NCBI GenBank assembly: GCA_951406725.2
Contig: OX597823.1
Span: 90,520,001 to 90,584,000 of the forward strand
Direction: 5' to 3'
Length of the DNA: 64,000 bases
DNA from: Octopus vulgaris
Taxonomy: Eukaryota
The position numbers and the translations under genes are program-made. A model generated the notes under the pieces. It saw only the letters and a list, made by a program, of their open reading frames with translations. It was not told the DNA's origin and did no database searches. Of the stretch, positions 52,897 through 64,000 are shown one piece after another. The stretch's first letter is position 1. Each line of letters opens with the position of its first letter.

Positions 52897-53273
52897 CTAG
52901 CAGTATCACCCGGCATTGCTCGGGTTTGTAAGGGAAATAACTATATAAGCATTTTTAGAGATGTAAAGTATAATAGCCATCTCAATATGGCTAACCACAA
53001 GGGCGGTGTTACGGTAGCTTTTTACGTTCTGAGATTTAATAATAATTTTTTTAGAGAGTTACTTCCCTTATATATGTCAAAAATGCATTAAAAATGGGAA
53101 AAATTGATGGTAAATTATTTTTTAAATCGTAGACTCATCATAGAAGGGCTCGATATGAATCACGACTATAAGAAACCCGGTTTTGGTTAAACTGCACCGC
53201 AAAATGTGGGAGTAGTTAGGAATCTAAATCGTAGGAGACAGACAGCACACAACCTCACTTTTATATATAAAGA
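52897..53273 (-). mobile_element. Non-autonomous Helitron
   Basis: Minus strand TC start and CTAG end with CCCGAGCAATGCCGGG hairpin; shares blocks with 10375-10881. Confidence 0.8.
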
Positions 53274-53717
53274 TATATGCACACACACACACACATGTGC
53301 GTGTAAACACACACATATATATAAACATGTAAATGCACACAAAGTAGTGAATATATATGCATACATGTACACACATGTACATACAGAAATGGACATGTAT
53401 GTATGTATGTGTGTGTGTGTGTATGTAATGTATGTATGTATGTATGTATGTATGTATGTTTGTAAAAGGGCACTTATGTATGTCTCTATCAGCAGAATGA
53501 AATAGCAGAAACATGTAAAATGAGTTCTTTGAGAGCCTGATATTTTTTTTTCTAGTTTGGCAAGAAATAGGAATAATTTGGAGATAAGTTTGCTCTTGAG
53601 GAAAACGAAGAAATGCCAGGTTCATACTGATCGACACTTGATGCCAACTTGTAAGAACAGAATGGTGTCAATCTGATGGTTTAAACATATTCATACTCAC
53701 TAACACAAACACTTGGG

Positions 53718-53787
<70 letters not shown>

Positions 53788-53886
53788 TATATACACACAC
53801 ATCCACACACACTAACACATGTAATGTACGGATACATAATTTTATATACATATGTGTGTGTCTTTCTCTCTCTATCTCCCCCCCCT

Positions 53887-53973
<87 letters not shown>

Positions 53974-55089
53974 TATGTATCCGTACATTACATGTGTTAG
54001 TGTGTGCGTATGTGTGTATATATATATATATATATATTAATTTGGCATATATATATATATATATATATATACATACACACACATATATATACTAAGGTAA
54101 TTAGTTCAATTCTTGGCAACGCCTTGTGTCCTTGAGCAAGACACTTTATTTCACGCTGCTCCAGTTCACTCAGCTGGCAAAAATAAGTAGTACCTTTATT
54201 TCAAAGGGCCAGTCTTATCACACTTTATGTCACACTGAAACTTCCTGAGAACTATGTTCAAGGTACACGTGTCTGTGTAGTGCTCCAGGCTTCAGTCTGA
54301 TCTGGCAGTATTTCTACAGCTGGATGCCCTTCCTAATGCCAACCACTCCGTGAGTGTAGTGGGTGCTTTTTACATGCCACTGGCACAGGTGCCAGAGAGG
54401 CTGGCAGCAGTCACAATTGGTTGGTGCTTTTTATGTGCTACCGGCACAGAAGCCAGTCAAGGTGGCGCTGGCATCAGCCACGTTCGGATGGTGCTTTTTA
54501 CATGCCACCGGCACAGGTATCACAACTACAATTTCCATTTGATATTTATTTTGATTAAACTGATGGCATTTAAAAGGGACCCAGCACCCTCTGTAAAGTG
54601 ACTGGCCTTAGGAAGGGTGTCCTATCATAGAAACCATGCCACAGCAGACAATTGGAGCCTGCTCAGCTCCTTGGCTGGTCAGCTCCTGTCAAAATGTCCA
54701 ATACATGCCCTAATGGAAAGAGGGCGTTAAATGATGATGATGATGATGATATATGGCCTAGTTCTCTGTTGGTTATGACAACAAGCATTCCAGTTGATTC
54801 AATCAAAGGAACAGCCTGCTAGGGAAATTAACGTACAAGTGGTTGAGTACTCCACAGACACACGTGTACCCTCAATGCAAAAAAATGAAAGAAAAAGAGA
54901 ATTTAACATCGTTATGCAATTCTAATAAAACCTTTGTGTTCTTGAACAGGACAAAAAAAATACCTTTTCAGCAAAGCCACAACAGTGTAATAACATAACT
55001 CACATTTCCAAAATATCTAATATTTATGTAACTTCATAAATCTGGAAGCAAAAGAAATTGTAATCACACTTAAAACAGATGAAAGAGTA

Positions 55090-56025
55090 CAGCATTTATC
55101 GGCATGCATACCATCACTTAATGATCATCTTTAAACACTGATTAATCAGACCTATAAAAACTGAATTAGACATAATTAGCAAGTTTAGCAATGATATCTG
55201 AGATTCAATTATACTCAGAATAAAAGTCATTATATATTCTTCCATCGTGAAAGTGTGTCAGTAACGGAATGGTTCTGATAGACTGATTTGTTTTTGCAGA
55301 CTTAGCAACAATCAACACTGCAAATTTACTTAATTTGATAACCTAAAATTTCATCTGTCTATAGCCGAACCTCTTCTCAAATCTCAACTGTTTGCTGACA
55401 GCATTGAGACAATCACTGATACTGGCATTTACCTGTAATTATGTACCTTCTGTTTGCTTTTTGAAAATGTAACCAAGGTTAAAAGTACCCTGCCACCCAG
55501 ACAATTTGATGATTGTGCAAGATTTTCCAGAGGGGTAGAATTATGCAACATTGTTAGAATGTATATTTTGGATATTTTGCAATAAAATGGTTTCTTTACA
55601 TTCCAAAGTGAGATATATAGAGACGGTGTTTTGTTTTTAGCTCCATGCAATATAAACAATTATGATTTAGAGAGATTTAGAAAAGACCTAATAAAACTGT
55701 TTGGTGAAACAGGTTTAACAATTACAGTTGTATTACTGCTAAAGGATTAAATTTTTGCATAGTACCTTGAACTTTGATATTAGTAAATTTTTACCATTGC
55801 TAAAAACCTAATAAAAGATTATTTTTTATTGATTCTGTTCACCCACCCAACATTCTTAGTTAAAATATATCCTAATTATTCTCAGATGAAGCTATACTTA
55901 TTATTATTGTAGATGAAGCATTTGATAATAACGACTCTACATACAAAATGTGATGTAAAACTCAGTTTAATGTTTCTTGGCATAAAAATAGACCAAAAAA
56001 TACTTTATGGTATAACCCAGTGCAT
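55090..56025 (+). pseudogene. Decayed Penelope-like element reverse transcriptase (Naiad-type)
   Basis: Collinear motif remnants SLNDH, LIRPIKTELDIISK, KFT*FDNLKFHLSI, FDDCARFSRGVELCNIVRMYIL, YRDG, LERFRKDLIKLFGETGLTIT, HPPNIL and RPKNTLWYNP. These correspond to PLE RT motifs TLKDH, LINP.KSELG, F.QFDI..FYPSI, FDV.MGS.DGAE.CE.VG, YRDD, SNHPP.I and IIWFNPP. Many stops and frameshifts. Confidence 0.8.
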
Positions 56026-56738
56026 AATTTAACCCTTTAACTGCCCACACCTATCCTGCAATGTCTTTTTAAAAATAAACCATCATATCATCAAATCCTT
56101 AAAGCTGTGAAATAATATCTGATTAATTCAAAACAATTTGAATAAATAAGCTTTACATTTGACAGAGTAATTTGGATGTTAAAGGCTAAATGTATTACTA
56201 GACTGTTCTTAAATTCTATATATTTCCATTTTCATATGAACAAGAAATATCATCAGATATTTAATAAAAATTCAATTAAGGTAAGCTTCACTTTTAAAAG
56301 TTTCAAAGTTCAGTTCATCATTTCAATTCCAAGTCTTTCTAACAACAATAACAGTTTCTATTTGTAACTGAACTGCTTCCGTAAACATCCACTTAATGGT
56401 AATGTCTTTCAAGAGCTTTTATATATGGTGTTGCAGTTGAACCAGATAACAACACCATGCCCAGAATTTTAAAGTTCATTTTGAGCTACATATTTATTCA
56501 TTCATTAAAAAAATAATGTTCTACAGATCTTTACAAGTATATTTAGTCTTTAAAAGAAACAAGAAGTGAAGGCATTTAAATTTAAATGGCTAACATTTAA
56601 ACAGACACCTCGTATGTACATGGCAACTTTTCAACAAATTTAAGCTGTAAACTTTGCATATTACAAAACAGACACACACATGCATTCATACATATATACA
56701 TACACATATACATATATGTACCCATGCATATTCATACT

Positions 56739-56775
<37 letters not shown>

Positions 56776-56846
56776 TCATCGTCGTTTAACGTCCGTTCTC
56801 CATGCTAGCATGGGTATATATATATACATATATATATACATACATA

Positions 56847-56887
<41 letters not shown>

Positions 56888-57219
56888 ATATACATACATA
56901 TATATATACATACATACATATATATATACATACATATATATATACATACATACATATATATATACATACATACATATATATATATACATACATACATATA
57001 TATATATACATACATACATATATACATACACATACATACATATATACATACATACATACATATATATATACATACATACATATATATATACATACATACA
57101 TATATATATACATACATACACATATATATATATACATACATACATATATATATATACATACATACATATATATATATACATACATACATATATATATATA
57201 CATACATACATATATATAC

Positions 57220-57270
<51 letters not shown>

Positions 57271-57613
57271 CATATATATATATATGGCTACAGACAGATG
57301 AACAATTGTCCCACCAGCTTATGTATATGTGCATGCCTGAACACATGCACACACTTAATATATATATGATTTGAAAGTCATGAGAATATATTGGAAAACT
57401 TTCAAAATTTCGATATGGAGGGAGAGAAATAACAATTTTGGTTATAAAATATACAGATGAAAGAAAAAAATATCAAACAAATCTATCAACTACATACGTA
57501 CTTGTGTTTATACATGCATATGCACGCACATGTGTGTGTGTGTGCACGTGAAACCATATATATATATATTTGCTTTTTGCATTTGATTAAATGTCAGTGA
57601 GGGTGTTTAAACT

Positions 57614-57645
<32 letters not shown>

Positions 57646-57758
57646 AGCATATGCTCCTGTCTGGGTTTTTTGCTTTTTAAACTTTTTTCAGTTTTATTAT
57701 TGATTTTATGCTGTACTCTTATAGTTAAATGTAATGAATGGATATGCATGTACACACG

Positions 57759-57816
<58 letters not shown>

Positions 57817-57954
57817 GTAGAAAATTAGATTCAGATATTGAAGCAAAACCCATAGTAAACACTCTGTAAAAACTCGGCTTGCAGTTTAATACACCTCTCA
57901 TACCTCCTGATTCTATGTTCTGTGTGTGTGTGTGTGTGTGTGTGTGCATGTATA

Positions 57955-58035
<81 letters not shown>

Positions 58036-58036
58036 A

Positions 58037-58095
<59 letters not shown>

Positions 58096-58707
58096 ATATA
58101 TATATATATATATATATGTTTTGTTTTTGTATTTGGCTTGCAAGATTCTTTATGTGAATACAAGTGTTGAATCATATTTTATTTTGGGAGTCATTCTCTT
58201 TTTGTGCCTTATTTAACACACACACTCATTCGATTTATACATATATATATATATATATATGTATGTATAAATAGTATACATTCATGTATTATACATATAT
58301 GCATATATATGTATATAGGTGTGTGTGCGTTTATATAATATGCTGATGTATTATAGCAAACACATATATGCACATAAGTACATATGCGTGTATATTTGAT
58401 TGTTTCTTGTCGGTCTCAGATTTGCAACAAAATTAGACATTTTTTCAAAGGTGTTCATTTCTTGAAATATAAGGTGACAGCATAGATAAAAATTATTGCA
58501 TGCTCCCAAGAGCTGCCATGGTTATTGGACAAAAATTTTTTACTGATTAGAAAAATATTTCATTCAAAGTGATTATGTAAATTAGAAGAGTATTTTCAAA
58601 GAACAAAATGAAACATTTCCTTGGAAAATATGAAAAAAATGTCAGAGTAAAATTTTTAATTCAAGTTCAAAATTAGTTTAAGTTTTTTATGCATTTTCAT
58701 GAACCTC

Positions 58708-59408
58708 AGCTTGATCTCCCTTTCAAATTGCCTGAACTCTTTTCCCGATTGCCTGAGCTCCATTCCCAGTTAACTGAACTCTCTTCCCAATCACCTGAAC
58801 TCCTTCCAAATTGCCTGAACTCTTTTCCTGATTGCCTGAGCTCCCTACTCAGTCACCAGAACTCTCTTCCCAATCACCTGAACTCTTTTCCAAATTGCCT
58901 AAGCTCTTTTCCAAATCGCCTGAACTCTTTTCCAAATTGCTTGAACTCTTTTCCAAATTGCTTGAACTCTTTTCCAAATTGCCTGAACTCTCTTCCCAAT
59001 CACCTGAACTCCCTTCCAAATTAGCTGAACTCTTTTCCTGATTGCCTGAGCTCCCTTCTCAGTCACCAGAATTCTCTTCCCAATCACCTGAACTCCTTTC
59101 CAAATCGCCTGAGCTCTTTTCCAAATCGCCTGAACTCTTTTCCAAATTGCTTGAACTCTCTTCCCAATCACCTGAACTCCCTTCCAAATTAGCTGAACTC
59201 TTTTCCTGATTGCCTGAGCTCCCTTCTCAGTCACCAGAACTCTCTTCCCAATCACCTGAACTCCTTTCCAAATTGCCTGAGCTCTTTTCCAAATCGCCTG
59301 AACTCTTTTCCAAATTGCTTGAACTCTTTTCCAAATTGCTTGAACTCTCTTCCCAATCACCTGAACTCCCTTCCAAATTACCTGAACTCTTTTCCATATT
59401 TCCTGAAC
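58708..59408. repeat. 21-bp minisatellite, about 33 units, with higher-order repeats
   Basis: Unit approximately TTGCCTGAACTCTTTTCCAAA; a diagnostic block recurs at spacings of 210 and 168 bp. Confidence 0.95.
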
Positions 59409-59477
59409 AAGTTTATGGAAATGTGATGAGGTTATAGTAATATCAGTGATGAGGATTGAATGAAAGTAGTGCAATGG

Positions 59478-60112
59478 TGAGAGAGTAAAAGAAGGAAGAA
59501 AGAGAGAGAGAGAGAGAGAAGAGAGGAAAGAGACAGAAAAAGGAAGTGTGAGAGACATGGAGGGATGGAGAGATTGAGGTAGGGTGAGGGTAGGGGAAGA
59601 GAGCTTGAGAGGAGAAGAATGAGAGAAAAGTGGGAGAGAATGTGAGAAGGAAGGAAAGAGAGAAAGAGGAGAGACAACAATAGAGAGAAATATAGAAAGT
59701 GTAAGAGAGAGAGGGAAAAAGTGGGAATGAGTGGGAATGAGTGAGAGAGAGAGAGAGCAAGAAAATAAGAGAAAGTAAAGGGGAGAGAGAGAGAGAAGGT
59801 AGAAGGGAAGAGAGAGAGAGAGAGAGAGAGATTGTGAGAAAAGAGGAAAGAATAAAAGAAAGATAAGGAAAGAGAGGGAGAGAGATGTAGAGAAAGACAG
59901 AGAAGAGAGTTGATAGAGAAAGAAAGAACAGGTAAGTGGGAGAAAGAGAAAAGGAAAGAAACAGTGAGAGAGAGATAGAGAGAGAGGGAGGAGTGAAAAA
60001 GAGGCAGAGATAGGAAGATGTGAAGAAAAAGAGAGAAAGAGAGAGAGAAAGAAAATGGTGGAAAAATGAATGAAACAGAAAGAGGATGGGAGAGTGAATG
60101 AGAGAGAGAGAC
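59478..60112. repeat. Polypurine/polypyrimidine low-complexity tract, about 630 bp
   Basis: Plus strand is almost exclusively G and A. Confidence 0.9.
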
Positions 60113-60317
60113 AAAGTAGTGTGAGGAGGGAGGTGGAGTGTTGTGTCAACTGCGCAGCATTGAATGCAGTGTGTGCAGCTTGGTTATGTGCAGTTGGCGT
60201 TGCATTGGTCAATAATAACAACAATAAACACACAAACAACAAGTGAAATACACATAAAAAAAACAAACATCCGCTAACACTCACACACACGCATATATGT
60301 GTATATATATATATGTG

Positions 60318-60379
<62 letters not shown>

Positions 60380-60387
<8 letters not shown>

Positions 60388-60491
60388 CACATGAACACAC
60401 ACATACACATATGAACAAACACATACACATATGAACACACACACACACATATATATACATACACATGAACACACACATACACATATGAACG

Positions 60492-60525
<34 letters not shown>

Positions 60526-60760
60526 CATACACATGAACACACACATACACATATGAACACACACATACACATGAACACACACACATATAGATATATACAT
60601 ATGAATGCACACACACACACACACATATATATATACACACACTCACACATGCATATATCTATATACACATGAACACACACATCAACGCACGCACATAGAT
60701 ATATATACACACTCTCACACACACACACACATATACACATGAACACACACACATATACAG
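60380..60760. repeat. Degenerate (CA)-rich minisatellite
   Basis: Recurrent ACATACACATATGAACACAC-like units. Confidence 0.8.
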
Positions 60761-61747
60761 ACATGCACATACATACACAGTGTAACATAAGGGGGGGAAT
60801 CACAAGACAGATAAAACAAAATTAATAAAAAAAAAAGTAAAGATAACAATAAGACATAAAAGCAATAAGGAAAAAAATGTATAAAGTAACAATGATAACA
60901 ATAATAATAATAATAACGAAAACAATAATGACAATAAAACAGTGATACAAAACATCAGCAAAAATATGGAGGATAAAAACAATAAACAAGCGAAAGAAAG
61001 CAAAACAAACAGAAAAGACAATAAAAATGAATAACAAAAAGAAGCAGCAATAAATAAAAACACTAACAAATAAAAAAAAATGTAAAAAAAACAGGTGAAA
61101 GCCAATTAGTTTAGTAAGCTTTGAGGGATCTCTGTAATCAAGGTGGACTGGTGCATCATGGGAAATAAGAGGATGCTGGGAAATATGTGTGTGTGTGTGT
61201 GTGTGCATGTGTGTGTGTGTGATATAGGCAACAGTGTAATAAAGATTTTTAGCAATCTCTAGATTTTAGGGTTATTTATTGTTTCGCGGACAGTCATAAT
61301 TATCAGCTTGAGGTGGTTTTTTTTTTGAGATAAACGAAGATGTTTGTGTCTATGTCATGTGGTTGTGTTTGTGTGTGTATGTGTGTAAGGGAGTATGGGA
61401 GAAGTGCTTGTATAATGCGTGTGTGTGTGTGTGTGTGAAAATATAGACCAGCTCCCGTCAAACCAACGACCAAACAATGCTAGCATGGAAAATGGAAGTT
61501 TGATGGTGATGGTGATAAAATAAAGAAAGAAAGACACAGGAGGAAAATAAAAGCTTAAAACCAGGGAGATTGTGCTTTTTAACGTTTGTGCTTACTTTAT
61601 ATTTGCAACTCCAGAACACCTACTTTTCATCTCCGCCTAGGAACTTCACATTGCATTACCACCTGTATGACAAGCATGGCCCCTGTTCCTGTCCCTTTAT
61701 CATAATTTAACCCTTCAACACCTCTCAATACTCTCTCAATACTGCAT

Positions 61748-62049
61748 TTTGTTTGTTCCTTCTCGAGCCACGCCTGCCTCATAAGGGCTGGTTTCCCGGT
61801 TTCCGTAGCATATAGGTTCCCCACCTGGATGGGACACCAGTCCGTCGCAGGTGAGCTGCAAGATGCAGGAGGAAAGAGTGAGAGAAAGTTGTGGCAAAAG
61901 AGTCAGCAGAAGTTCACCATTGCCTTCTGCCGTAGTTGTGTAGAGCTTAGGTGTTTTGCTCATAAACACACACATCGCCCGGTCTGAGATTTGAACCTGT
62001 GATCCCTTGACCGCGTGTCCGCTGCTCTAACCACTAGGCCATGTGCCTC
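61748..62049 (-). mobile_element. Full-length tRNA-derived SINE with a V-domain-like block and 15-bp TSD
   Basis: Head TGGCCTAGTGG / GGTTCAAATC; CCTGCGACGGACTGGTGTCCCATCCAGG block; TSD CTCTCAATACTGCAT at 61733-61747 and 62050-62064. Confidence 0.85.
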
Positions 62050-62536
62050 CTCTCAATACTGCATCAATTCAGTTGAGGGGTCTTGTCTTGCAAGTTTCTT
62101 GGTGGCTTCACTAATGCTGGTGCCTTCACTAATGCTGGTGCCATGAGAAAAAGTACCGAGTACACTCTGTTGAATGGTTGGCATTGGGGAGGAGATTGAA
62201 GCCATAGAAAGCATGCCAAAGTAGGCATTGGAGTCCAAAGCAGTCCTTCAACTCATTAGAACTTACCGAATGTCTCCTGTTATCAAAGACAGATATTTAA
62301 TGATGGTATATATGTGTGTGTATATCATAGTATCACAGTATTAACCAGACCATAAGGTGTTGTTACACACCACTGGTCACAATGTGCTTCCAGTTCTGTC
62401 TTGATTGCACCACTTTTTTCCAGGATGATGGAAAGACAATTAGGTCAAGCAATTTGGGTCATGCGTGTATGTATATATACATATATATGTGTGTGCATGT
62501 GTACACACACACACACACACATATATAAATATATAT

Positions 62537-62571
<35 letters not shown>

Positions 62572-62581
62572 CATATATACA

Positions 62582-63070
62582 AATTCGATGACAGCACTGC
62601 TTGGCTGGCATCTATACTAGTGGAGCGCTAAAAGCACCATCTGAGCGTGATTATAACCAGGGCTGCTGACTGGCTCCTGTGCCGGTGGCATGTAAAAAAC
62701 ACCATTCAAGCATGATTGTTACCAGTGTTGCCATACAAGCACTTGTGCTGGTGGCATGTGAAAGACAACATTCGAGCAAGGTCATTGCCAGTGCCACTGA
62801 ACTGGCTCTTGTGCAGGTGGCATGTAAAAAATAACATTTTGAGCATGGCTGTTGCCTGTACCACCTGACTGGCCCTCGTGCCAGTGGCATGTAAAAGCAC
62901 CCACTACACTCTTGGAGTGGTTGGCATTAGGAAGGGCATCCAGCTGTAGAAACTCTGCCAAATCAGATTGGAGCCTAGTGCAGCCATCTGGCTCAGCAGT
63001 CCTCAGTCAAACTGTCCAACCCATGCTAGCATGGAAAACGGACGTTAAACGATGATAATGATGATGATGA
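62582..63070 (+). mobile_element. RTE 3'UTR-derived repeat (family A), five internal units
   Basis: Units of about 64 bp, conserved end and (ATG)n tail. Confidence 0.85.
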
Positions 63071-63202
63071 TATATATACACATCATAAACTACATTATGG
63101 GTCTGAATATTGATTTTGTTAGTGTTTCATGAGAATGTTAAAATATCATCTATAAATGAATTTTGTCAAGCAGGTTGTCAATTATGAATCTCATGCTCTC
63201 TT

Positions 63203-63271
<69 letters not shown>

Positions 63272-63431
63272 CATACACATACACACATGCAGGAAGACTT
63301 ATGTCTACCTGAATACATAGACAAATGCAGATAAACCTGTATATGCAACGTGTGCATAGATGAAGATATTCTAACATATAAACATACCTATCACTAGACC
63401 TAGTGAACATATATATATATATAAAAATATA

Positions 63432-63463
<32 letters not shown>

Positions 63464-63826
63464 CTGACATTTTGCTTCATATGTATATATTGTATAAAAT
63501 ATACCCATTGGTTCATATATACTTATACATACATATATATATATACACACATACACAAAACATTGGTTCATATATACGAATATATATGTCTAACTATTGT
63601 CTCATATATATGGATGTGAACGTTGAAATTTCTATGTCATGGTTATAAATGTTATCATGTTTTTGATGGCTGAAGGCTTATTAAGCTAGTTTAATTGAAT
63701 GATTGGAAATGGTTTCTCATTATTGCTGACAAAAGAATAAATAAGCATAGACTTATTGCATAGAGATGTATATAAAATTACATATATATATGTATATATG
63801 TGTATGTATGTGTATATGTATAAATG

Positions 63827-63870
<44 letters not shown>

Positions 63871-64000
63871 TATATACGTGTGTGTGTGTGTGTGTGTGTG
63901 TGTATAACTATATGCATACACACAGAAACATACATATAACTATGCATGCATATGTATGGATAAGTAAAAGTAGACCAACTCTCTCTCACACACATACATA

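Noticed and set aside
58899-60803. 634-aa ORF on the minus strand
   Set aside because: It runs through (TG/TA)n, a polypyrimidine tract and the 21-bp minisatellite; it is stop-free by composition and has no domain signal

Overview
This is AT-rich animal genomic DNA saturated with microsatellites. The SINE/LINE repertoire and repeat landscape point to a coleoid cephalopod, most likely Octopus; this is inferred, not verified by search. I cannot identify any host protein-coding gene, and nearly all listed ORFs are microsatellite artefacts, so the window looks like a very large intron or intergenic region. Recognisable elements are several tRNA-headed SINE families, RTE LINE 3' ends with tandem structured 3'UTR units, microsatellite-embedded RLE (R4/Dong-like) retroelement remnants and two non-autonomous Helitrons. 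There are also an internally deleted mariner, TTAA-flanked MITEs, a probable solo LTR and a decayed Penelope-like (Naiad-type) reverse transcriptase. The most notable signal is about 8 type I hammerhead-ribozyme-like motifs from different small repeat families. One family is a tRNA-headed SINE that inserted twice as a head-to-head inverted dimer with target-site duplications. Together these suggest a Penelope-mobilised system of ribozyme-bearing non-autonomous retroelements. All folds and alignments were done by eye, and boundaries of decayed repeats are approximate.
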